64,000 nt of DNA from Dipteris shenzhenensis (Eukaryota): assembly GCA_047967505.1 (NCBI GenBank), contig CM106538.1; one strand, given 5' to 3'. Every line of letters starts with the position of its first letter. The first letter of the stretch is position 1. Position numbers and translations under genes: made by a program. Positions 23,727 through 35,308 of this stretch are shown piece by piece. The notes beneath the pieces are model-generated. The model searched no databases. It was not told where the DNA came from and saw only the letters and a program-made list of their open reading frames with translations.

Positions 23727-25221
23727 GATGCAAATGAAACAAAAATCCCAAATGCTAGTGCCTGCAAGAGAGAATCACACCAAATACTAGGTGCACCCAA
23801 ATGTGTATGCCACAATAGAGTGAAATATCACCAAAATTCAAAGCTCAAAGCATCAAAAGATGCATCTGACTCATGTGCATATACTATGCATCCATATGAG
23901 CAAATCTGGCCCAAAAGAAAATGCCAATAAGTGCCAAATGACTCAAGCATAAACACCGTCCACTAGCATATGCATCAATAATATCTCATCCAAGAGAGCA
24001 TAGCACTATCAGTGCATCACCTACAATGTGTCAAAGCTGTCCCTCAGCTTAAAATAGCATCCATGTGCAAAGCGTCCATAAAAATAGCATCCCACAAGGC
24101 AATTTGGGCCTATCAGCGCATCCAATAAGGACCGCAATGCATCCAAATGGCCTATAAATCATCCACTGCAACCCAATGCACACCACGAATGAGCGCACAC
24201 TGCTCAAACAGCAACCAGAGTGATCTGCATAAGGTATGCTCAAGAAATCATAGTCCCACGGTAATGAGCGCTACTGAAAATAGAACCTGAGATGCCTCAA
24301 AACATGGGCGCCATTGCATAATCGGAATCAACAAGAAAATCTGCAAATATCTCTCTTCTGCCAGACTCCAAAATCCCAACCAGTGGTCTCAATCACTGGG
24401 TCCAACACACGGACTGAAAAACGTTTTTGGAAACAGAGCTATCTGTAAACTCCACCGGAGTGCGAATGATGACCTGTCTTTCCACTGTCATAAGTGGAGA
24501 ACCATTCCCTATTGGGAGTAACATGGAATGAAGCACCAATATCCAAAATCCAATCTTGGGAATATGCTGTGGGGGTTAAAGGTCACTGTGCCTTTACCCC
24601 GGTTATGTACAATACTCAAACACATATATAAATGAATGAAAAAGAAGATTAGGGTGGTTATGCACCCACCAAAACTTGTGTGGCTCTCTGTTTCTCTCTC
24701 TCTCCTTCTTCCGTTCTTGCTTCCGTTGAGAGCACTCTCAACTGGTATCAGAGCCCGGGTGATCTAGCTGAGCGTGCGTGAATGCTTGGAAGCTCAGCAG
24801 CTTTGTGGGAGGAAGGAGAAGCTCTGTGGGAAGCTTTGTGTGTGACTTTACTTGCATCCAAGTGTGCAGAGACCTTGGAGAAACCTTTGGAAAAGTCACT
24901 TTGGCTTTGCGAAGTGGTTTTGAGAGCCTGTTAAGAGCTTTCAAAGAAAAAGTCGTTTTTTGAGCTTTTCCCTGTTCCGTTCGATGACAGAGACACTGTA
25001 TTGACTTGTAGAGGCAATTATTGCTTGCTTTTGGTGTCCACATTACTTCAGGAGCTTGGAAACACCTTCATTCTTGAATCCGGGATCATTTCATTGGATT
25101 TCTGACTCACTGTGTCAGTTCCTGCGTTTTTTACCCGGGTGTTGGAACTCAAGTTTGGAGCAACCATTTGCAGATCTGTCAGTTCCGGTGGACTCAGGAG
25201 GTTCTAAAACTTCTATGTTGC

Positions 25222-27889
25222 TGTGTGCATCTTGGAAATGACTATGCATATGACATAGTGGGAGTAGGTGACATAAAGTGTTCTTTTGCAAATGGGTCTG
25301 CATTTATTTTGAAAGATGTGAGACATGTGCCTAAGTTGACCAAGAGTCTTATTTCAGTGGGTCAGCTAGATGATGATGGTTTTCACACCACTTTTGGCTT
25401 TTAGAGTTGGAAAATTCAAAAGGGCTCTATGCTTTTGGCCAGGGGTGACAAGTGTGGGACTTTATATCCCTTACATGTATCAAGGGTATTTGATCATGTT
25501 GTTGTAATAACCGAGCAGTCAAGCACTTCTTTCTGGCATTGCAGGTTGGGGCACATGAGCCAGAATCGAATGAAACTCTTATGCCGTTTGGGTTATGTAC
25601 CGCATTTGAGTTTCTCTGATTTTGAATTTTGTGAGCACTGTCTCTATGAGAAGCAAACTAAATCATCCCATAAAAGAAGGGGAAAGAAAGAGTTTGAAAA
25701 GCTTGATTTGGTGCATTCAGATGTATGTGGTCCCATGCCTACACGGTCATTAGGTAGGGCTGAATACTACATGACATTCATTGATGATGCAACTAGGAAA
25801 GTGTGGGGTTATGCTATAGCTCAGAAGAGTGATGTGTTCCAGGTATTTCAGAAATGGCTGGCCTTGGTTGAGAATCAGTCAAGTAGAATGCTTAAATGCC
25901 TACGGACTGACAATAGTGGAGAGTATCTCTCATGACTTTCAGCATTTTTGTGATACACATGGGATTAAGAGGGAGCTCACATCCCCTCGTACGCTAGAGA
26001 AAAATCCAATTGCAGAAAAGATGAACCGTACCATTCAAGAAAAATTGCAATGCATGATTTCCAATGCAAGTCTTTCTAGTGGTTTTTGGGCTGAGGCAAT
26101 GAAGACTGCAGTGCATGTGATCAATAGATCACCTAGTAAGAGTTTGGATGGTGGTATTCCTGAAGAGGCATGGAGTGGCAAGAAGCCCTCTTACTCTCAT
26201 TTGCATATATTTGGGTGTGAGGCATATGCACATGTGCTAAAAGAGCTTCGAAAGAAGCTAGATCCTAAGTCTAGGAAATGCATCTTTTTGGGTTATGGTG
26301 AAAGTGGAGAGATGGGCTATCGTCTTTGGGATCGAGAAGCAAAGAAGATCATATGCAGCCATGATGTAGTCTTCAATGAGAAGAAGATGCATAAGGCACC
26401 CATGAGGGATGTGGAAATAAGGAGAATCACTTTCCAAGATGTGAATCCACCTACATATGTTGATAGACAACAAGCTGTCCATGCACCAAATGTGCAAGGA
26501 ATGGTACCACCAAATACTCCCACAGGTATACAATTAAGGGTAGATGATGGATCATCTATTGGTGGAAATGATGAGCCAAAACTAGTGGCATTAGAGGATA
26601 TGGAGCTTATGTAGATGGATGTCAAGATAGCCTTCTTGCATGGGGATTTGCATGGTGCAGCTGGAAGGCTTTGAAGAAAAGGGCAAAGAGCATTTAGTCA
26701 AGCTGAAGATAGAAGGATTTTTTTTATTTCTAAAATTTATAGAAATAAATATACATAAGGGATTATTTAAAATAGTTTTGGAAAAAATTTACAGATTTGT
26801 ATAGAAAAGGGGTACATTTTATTAATGAAATTTTTTACAGATAAGGGACTTTAAATATAGGCCTTGAACGCACGTGATATAGAGGGTTTATACATAGTGA
26901 CCCCCCTGAGTGATAATCTTGGCACTATATGTGGATGATATGCTATTGGCTAGCAAGAATACTTATGAGCTAGACGCATTAAAGTCCAAGTTGCATGAGG
27001 CCTTTGATATGAAGGATTTGGGACCTGAGGTCATATTCTTGGTATGCGCATCACGCGTGATCGGAGTAGGAAACTCCTTTGGCTTTCACAAAAAGAGTAT
27101 GTTACAAAAGTATTACAGCATTTCAATATGGAGGAAGGGAAGGGAATGAGTACTCCATTTCCTCCATATGTGAAACTGAGTCATACAGATAATCCCAAAT
27201 CAGATGAGGAAAGGGCCATGATGGCCAAGGTTCCTTATGCATCAGCCGTTGGGATTCTTATGTACTATGCTATGATAGCTACTAGACCAGACATTGCATT
27301 TGCAGTGAGAGTTGTTGGCCGGTATATGGCTAATCCAAGAAAGAGGCATTGGGAGGTAGTTAAGTGCATCATGAGGTACATGAAGGGTACCAAGGAGATG
27401 TGCATCTGCTTTGGTAGAGGAGACATGTGTGTACTTGGGTACATAGATTCAGACTATATAGGGCATGTGGATAGTAGGAGATCCACTTCTGGTTACGTGT
27501 TCATCTTTGTAGGTGGTGCAGTGTCGTGGATGTCTCATGCACAGAAGTGCGTTGCTTTGTCTACCACAGAGGCTGAGTATGTTGCAGCCACAGAGGGTTG
27601 CAAGGAGGCTATATGGCTTGATCGGCTAGTGGGAGATTTGGGGATTCATACAGGTGTACCAACATTGCATAGTGATTCCATGAGTGCTATTCAGCTAGCA
27701 CGGAATCCGGTTTTTCATGCAAAGACCAAACACATTGAGGTCAGGTACCATTTCATCAGGGAGATACTTGAGGACAAGCGCATAGAGCTTGTCAAGGTTC
27801 ATACTGATGATAACCCTATAGATATGCTGATGAAGAGTCTACCTAGTCAGTGGTTTGAGTATTGTCATGTATTGATGGGCATTGGATAG
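25222..27889 (+). pseudogene. pol: Copia family B protease-integrase-RT-RNase H, with frameshifts and RT deletions
   Basis: HSDVCGP, MDVKIAFLHG, YVDD, TRPDIAF, EAEY and KTKHIEVRYH; interrupted at ~26710-26910. Confidence 0.92.
26710..26910 (-). mobile_element. AT-rich fragment ending in the GGGGGGTCA-type terminus, at an RT deletion junction
   Basis: Non-RT, AT-rich sequence ending TGACCCCCCTGAG; homologous to 6010-6160 and 34364-34405. Confidence 0.65.
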
Positions 27890-28123
27890 TATGCTCACTA
27901 GTTGTTCTCCCTTAAAGTGTATTGATGGGCACATTGTCCTTTAAGTGGGAGGTTGTGGGGGTTAAAGGTCACTGTGCCTTTACCCCGGTTATGTACAATA
28001 CTCAAACACATATATAAATGAATGAAAAAGAAGATTAGGATATTCTGCACCCACCAAAACTTGTGTGACTCTCTGTTTCTCTCTCTCCCTCTTCCATTCT
28101 TGCTTCTGTTGAGAGCATTCTCA

Positions 28124-31100
28124 GGTAGTGTACCTCAATATGCTTAGTTCTAGCATAATAAACTGGATTACTTGCCAACTACACTTGCCAACTACACACT
28201 ACTCATGTTATCACAATAAAGTCTGACTGGTTTTTCCACATGCAGTCCCAAATCCTGCAAAAGCTTCTGAAGCCAAGCGATCCCACATGCAGCCAATGCT
28301 GTACCTCTGTACTCTGCTTCTATACTAGACAACGCCACTGTGGGTTTCTTTTTACTACTGCAACTCACCACTGCACTACCAAGGTTGAATGCATAACCAC
28401 TAATGGATCTCCTGTCATGGGCACATCCTACCCAATCTGCATCTATGTATCCAACCAGTTCTATATCCTTTCCATACTCATAAAAGAGTCCATACTGATA
28501 TGTTTCCTTGACATAGCACATAATCCTCCTCACTACATCCAAGTGAGGCTTCCATGGCTTTAGTATAAACTGACTAATGAGTCCCTTAGCATATATTAAA
28601 TTAGGCTTGGTAATAGTCAGATAAATCAAGCTTCCAACCATCTGCCTATACATGGTACCGTCATCAATCTCAGCTCCACAATCAGCCATCATCTTCAGGT
28701 TTTGATCCAAGGGATATCCATTGGTTTGCAATCCTTCATGCCCAAGGCATACTACCTCTGCATAAGCCAAATGCAATCAGGTGTTCTCAGCACCTCTCTA
28801 CCAAGAAAGAACTTCAAGTCCCCTAGATCCTTCATATCAAACTCCGTTTTCAGCTTTCTCTTAATTTCAGCAATGCCATCATCATCACTACTAGTCAGAA
28901 TCAAATCATCAACATAAATCACCAACACGGCTGAAAGTTTTCTCATAATCTAGCCCATACTACTGTGCATCCCTTTGGTAACTAGCCTTACTTTATATCT
29001 TTCCACTGATCCATCAGACTTGCATTTTACTTTGTAGACCCATTTGTAACCAATAGGATTCTTGCCTTTAGGCAACTCCACCAAGTCCCAAGTCTGATTA
29101 CTGGCAAGGGCACCCATCTCCTCATCCATGGCATTCCACCAATGACCATGTTGCACAACCTTACCAAAGATAGTTGGCTCAGTATGTCCCATAACTTTTA
29201 TCATATATATGCATAATGCCGAGTAGGATAACCACTATAAGTTAACCTGTCAATAGGATACCTGACTCTCTATGACCTTCTCACTAGAGTGCCTGACTCT
29301 CCTCGTTCATGAGGAGGTATGTACCTACTTCCCTTAACTCCAGGTGTAGACACAGATGGTATACCTAGCTCACTATCCAAATTGTCACTACATGGCGAAT
29401 CATAGCCACAATTTTATGGTGGCCCAGGGACATCATTTTTAGCTTGCAAAAACACCTCAACAACCTTGGAAATTGTGTAACCTACCAGGATTCACTGTAG
29501 TAGAACTAGTAGATGTAGGCCCAGATATGGATGTACTAATTTGCTGATTTTTATCATATGTATGACTTGTAGATGCATCATTTGGAATAGCCACTTTCGG
29601 CTTGCCATACCAAGATTCCAGCTCATTAAAAACAACATCCTGACTCACCATAGTCTTCTTGGTCAATGGGTTGTAGCATTTGTAACCCTTCTGGTTCTGT
29701 GCATAGCCAATAAACACACATATTTCAGCTTTGGGATCCAACTTCCGTCTCTTTTCATCTGATATGTGCACATATGCCAAACTACCAAACACTTTTAAAT
29801 GATTGACATCAGGCTTCTGTCGATACAATTTCTCATATGGTGTGAGCATATGAATGCCAACAATAGGAGTGCGATTCAGCACATACATTGCAGTTGCAAG
29901 TGCTTCTGCCCAATAATAATCAGGTAACTTCTTTTCATTCAACATGGCTCCACCACACGAACCAATCACCCCATTCTTATGTTCAACCACTCCATTTTGC
30001 TCTGGTGTATATGGGCATGTAAGCTCCCATCTAATTCCATGATAGGCCAAGAAGTCATCAAATTCATTTGACATATATTCACCTCCATTATGTGATCTCA
30101 AGCATGTGATATATGACCCAAACTCCTTTTTAACATGTTGCTTGAAATGCTTGAAGGTAGGCAGGACCTCATCCTTATGTTTGAAAAAATACAACCATGT
30201 ATACTGGCTGAAATCATCAATAAATGTGACATAATCTGATGAACCTCCCATTGAGATAGTGTGTATGGGACCCCAAACATTAGAGTGAATCAACTGCAAA
30301 GGTTGACTACTCTCCCATAGATGCTTAGTGAATGGCAACCTTGATTGTTTTCGAAACTGGCATGTAGAACAAACATGCTCTAAAGTAGTATACTTGAACT
30401 TTGGTAGGCCAACAACAATGCCTTTATGCTGCATATTTTTCAGCTTCTGAATATTAATATGACCAATGCGTTTGTGCCAAATTTCCAAATCAGAGACAAC
30501 ACCCGTACCATGGGTAAATATGGTAGCCTATAGTTCTGGCATGCCTACATCTAAAGTAAACATTCTTTCTTACCTTTTCCCTTTCGCAATCAACTTGCAG
30601 CCATTACCAAACTCCTCAATGAAGCATCCATCCTTATTAAACCAGACTTGCAACTTCTGCTCAACCATTTGTCCAACAGACAACAAAATCTTACTAATCA
30701 AAGGCACATGCAACACTTCACATAGCTTCTAGGTCTGACCATCATGCATCACCAGAGTTGTAACATCCTTGTGTGTAATGTCATGCTGTGTATCATCTCC
30801 TATGCAAACATAACCATGCACACCAGGAGTCATCTCATCAAACCACTCTCCATGTGGTGTCATGTGATTAGATGCTGTTGAATCAATATACCATATATCA
30901 TCCAAGCCACCATCAGTAGGCTTATGATCCTACACATGCATCATAGCAAATAGCTAATCTGAGGATGTCTCATGCGCATGACTAGAAGAGGCAAAATGAC
31001 CATGTTGATTTGCCTTTCCTATTTGATTTGCTTGCTTCTTGAAATAGTCTCTAGCAATATGGCCAACCTTGCCATAGTAATGACATGTCTTATCACTATT

Positions 31101-32350
31101 AGGATTATGCACTGTTTGTTGCCGTTACTACCAAGTACCTCTACCATGAGAAGCACCTCTCCCCCTACCTCTAAAGGCTCCACCTCGTCTTTGAGGTAAC
31201 TGACTAGGGTTTTTAGGGACATGCTTGCCATCACCTCTACCATGAAATGAACCGCTGTGTCATCCACCATAGCCTCTCTGATCAGAGTAGAACACTGCAT
31301 CACTATTCCTTGAGCTACTGCCATTGGTATTTAGCCCAAGCTTCACTTCCTCATGGATCAAAAGAGCAACCAGCTCATTAAAATCTAGCATATTTTGCCT
31401 CACAAAAATAAAAGTGTCAAATGACTTATATTCAAGACCAAGTCCATTCAGAGTGACTGCAACCATGTCATCATCATCCACAGGAGCATCAATAAAGGCC
31501 AATTGATCAGCTATAGTTTTGATATAAGTCACATATTCTTGTATTGTTCTACCCCGCCTTAACATATTGTTGAACTTTTGCTTCAGCTGAATTTTCTCGG
31601 CACTTGTAGTTGTGCCATAATATCTTGTCAAGATATCCCACAGATTCTTGGGAGACTTGCAGTTCATAATTTACATAACCATGGCATCTAAAATAGATAT
31701 TCAAAACCAATGAAGTACCCTTCGTGCTCTTTCTAGGCAAGCTTTATGATTCTTAACTTGTTCTGCAGTAGAATTTCTTTCAGCAAATTAGGCTCTTTCT
31801 CATCACCTATAACCAAATCCCAATAACCTTTTCCAGTCAGGAAATTTTCCATTCAAAACTTCCAAATGGCATAATTATTTTGATCCAACTTCTCTCCAAC
31901 AATCTCTGTAATGTTGTCACTTCCACTAGCATTAGCCATGGTTTCCAACAGTAGATTTCTGTAACTTTTGGCTGTTTTGCACAGTCAATAACTTCCACAC
32001 GTTACCTCAGATGCAAAAACTATCAACTAACAAATTGTAGCCAATCCACAGCCCTACGACTTTCCAGTTTAGTGTAGGTCCAAATTCTGTAAGGTTTCAC
32101 TATTATTTGTTGCTAAAAATAGGCACTTGCACACTTTTGACAGCAGTCCGAAAACTTCCAGTTACTAGTTCAATGGATTAACTAGACTCAAAATGCCACT
32201 TTGCTACTATCACTGGCAAGGCATAGCATCTGTCAAGCTACTTGACACTAACATCCAACCATTGGGCATCCAAATACCATCACATATATCCATGAACATT
32301 GCAATATCATGCCTGCAACTTAGGACAAAACCACAACTCCATTAGAGGTA
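28124..32350 (-). mobile_element. Degenerate Copia (family C) gag-PR-IN-RT-RH, without LTRs
   Basis: Gag ATG at 31939; IN WHKRIGH / FIDD / QNGVVE; RT fragments with an internal deletion at ~28950; RNase H cut at 28124 by the family B LTR; right boundary approximate. Confidence 0.9.
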
Positions 32351-32399
32351 TCACAATCGGTAAGGTCTTCTAGTATGGAGCCTACCAAGAAGGAGAACA

Positions 32400-35180
32400 A
32401 TGAGCCCAAAGGATTGGATATGAGTGAGTTGGCCTAGAATCTACTGAATCAACTGGGCTAGTAGTGGAAGTTAGGGACCTCCAAGGAGACATTGAGTAAC
32501 CCCCCTTTGTTTCCAAGGAGAGACAACGTGTGGTGTGGGGTATGCAATGACAATCATCCCTCCAATGAGTGCCCTTGCATTAGGGCAAGGAAAGCACTCT
32601 AGTGCATACAATGCTATAGATGGGAAAACTACGACACCTCCAATTTCCGATTCCTGAGGGTCCTTCCCTAACCAATGTATGAAGTGAGACCCCCACTAGC
32701 CTTAACGGATGCACCCAACCGTATGAATGCACAAGGTGTCCCTTTATCCAAATCAAGGCATTATAGGGTACAACAGGCTCCCTTAATGTCATGCTTTAAG
32801 TGACAGGGGCCACATTTTTTCAATGAAGGACCCTATAGGGATATTACCTCGGTAGTTCCACCCATGACAAGACCTATGCCCTTGTGTGCTAGTTGCGGAG
32901 TAGAGCATTTATTCAAGGTTTGCCCCTTGAGAAGACCAATGACTCCAACCACCCTGCCTAAGAGCGCTATCATTAATTTGTTAAGTATTAAATAGGGTCA
33001 AGTAGCAAAAGTACCCTTGAAGTTCATCACAAGGATACAGGCCAAAGCCATAGGTAGGGAAATGAAGAAGCAAGCAAGGAAGGATAAAGTGCCCCTGCCA
33101 CAAAACCTCGAGGCATCCCGACCCCATAGAATAGGTCCAATGAGGAGACAACCACCCTTGCCACCTCCTCTATTTCCAGCCAACCCCCCTCCCAAGATGA
33201 CCCAAGTATGCCTCCATACCCGAATGTAAACAAGCTAGTGCGGGCTCAAGGCCTCACAACTCTGCCTCAATATAAGGAAACCTGTCTAGAACCAATCATG
33301 GAAAAAAAGCACGTAATAGACACTCAAAACTTGGTATGGGAATGCCAAGAGAAGTTCAAGCATAGGGTCAAGGCTAGCAAAGGGTCAGATACCATCTACC
33401 CATACCACTTGACAACTCACCAAGGAGCAAAGGCACTTAGGGTGCGCGAAAGGGTGAAAGAAGAGGAATGATAATCAGAGGCTCCAGACTTGATGCAGCA
33501 AATGTTCCTAGAGGACCCCATATTATAGAACCTAGAAGAAGAAGGAGACATTTACGGTCTCGAGGATGTGCTATTAGTAGGTGGGGAGACCTCTCAAGAA
33601 CCACATGATAGCATTGGGTTGGTAGCATTCCTCTCCACTGAGGTGAAGATGCCAATGGCCTCCTTATTAACAAGGAATCGTACCCCTTGGCGAGACCTCT
33701 TAAACTAGATGAATGGACAATTCCTGCCCCCAGGACCTACGATCCCCCAAGTTGACCAACCGCAGGAGGAAGGTCAAAGGTTACCCAAGGTCTCCATCAA
33801 TAAGCTGGGCCAATACTTTGAAGGTGATGATACTAATGTGGCCATCCCCATAACCTACCAGAACTAAAAGGTTGATGGCATCCTAGATGGGGGAGCAGGT
33901 GAGTGTCAACACCAAGGAATGCTGGGAGAGATGGGGAAAACCTTCTCTCGAGCAAACCCACTTGGTAGGGAAGTTAGCGGTGGAGCTATTGAACCCTTAG
34001 GAGTCCTCACCGCCATTAACATTAAGGTATTTGGCTTGACATGCCCCATTAGATTTGTAGTTATGTCCTTCACCTAGCAGGCTAGATATGAAGCCATCCT
34101 AGGTAGACCCTTCTTGCAAATGTCCAGACTTGTACATGATTGGCACACTTACAACATCTATTTGTTCCACAAGAAACAAATCATCTGAGTGGACTTGCAT
34201 ACATAGTTATGTACTTCACCTAGCAGGCTGGATATGAAGCCATCCTAGGTAGACCCTTCTTGCAAATGTCCAGACTTGTACATGATTGGCACACTTACAA
34301 CATCTATTTGTGCCACAAGAAACAAATCATCTGAGTGGACTTGCATACATACAAGACCCACCCCTCAGGGGGGTCACTATGTATAAACTCTCTATATCAC
34401 ATGCGAGGTAAACCTACCACCAGAATGGAAAGACCCCCAACTAGTGTTCCTTGCAGATGATGTCACCCCCAATGAGGAGAATTCTTTAACAGCCCTCCTT
34501 CAAGAGATTTGAGTATGCATGGATTTCAAAAAAGTCAATGCCACCACTAGGAGCAACCTCTATCCCATGCCATTCACAGAACATGTGCTAGAAAGAGTAG
34601 CTGGAAAGGAATTCTATAGCTTCCTAGATGAATTCTCTGGATACAATCAAGTCCACAAGATCAACATAAAATGGCCTTTGCAACCGAGTGGGGTGTGTAT
34701 CCAACCAAAGTAATGATATTTGCCGTACCAATGCACCCGCCACCTTCCAATATGGTTGATGATCATTGTCTTCAAGGAGGACCTAAGGGACTTCATGGAA
34801 CTCTTCTTGGATGATGTGTGTGTGAGCTTGACATGGGATGATCACCTGAGATGCCTGAAACTGGTCTTGGAAAGGTGCCAGTGGTATCATATATCCCTAA
34901 ATCCCCTCAAGTGCCAATTTTGGGTCAAACACGATGTGATTCTTGGCCATGTAGTGCTTAAGAATGGGATCACCATGGACTACAACAAGATCAAGCTCAT
35001 TTTCGAATTTCCACCCGGGCCAAGGGTGCGCAACAGTTTATAGGCCACATGGGCTACTATCAAAGGTTCATTCTATTCTATAAAGACATAGCCCAACCAT
35101 TGTACAATAAGTTAGTAGTCCTTGAGTGGACCGAGGAATGTCGAAAATCCTTCGAAACCCTCAAGCTAGCTCTGGCCACA
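32400..35180 (+). mobile_element. Degenerate Ty3/Gypsy (gag-like region, protease, RT fragments)
   Basis: Protease VDGILDGGAG (~33870) and ILGRPFL; RT CMDFKKVN..YPMP..SFLDEFSGYNQ, FLDD and LNPLKC; 146-bp tandem duplication at 34058-34350. Confidence 0.85.
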
Positions 35181-35308
35181 GCATCGTTCAAGCTGCCATG
35201 TGTCCGTAGTTATTTTTTTATTTGTCCATGGTTGATATGTTAAAGATTTTATTTGAGAATGTAAAATAATTAAAGGGCTTCTTGGGTGGGATTTAGTGTG
35301 GCATGCAT

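Larger units (their letters stand above)
19500..28123. mobile_element. Rearranged complex of two Copia family B elements
   Basis: Three LTR copies: 19500-19623 (partial), 24568-24740 and 27954-28123; PBSs at 19626 and 24743; PPT at ~27943-27953; gag on + (21088-21545), gag-PR-IN on - (23726-21550) and PR-IN-RT-RH on + (25222-27889). Confidence 0.92.

Noticed and set aside
24568-28123. An intact gag-less LTR element bounded by LTRs 24568 and 27954
   Set aside because: No TSD (TATGC versus GGTAG); diagnostic LTR bases and junctions show a chimera created by the inversion.
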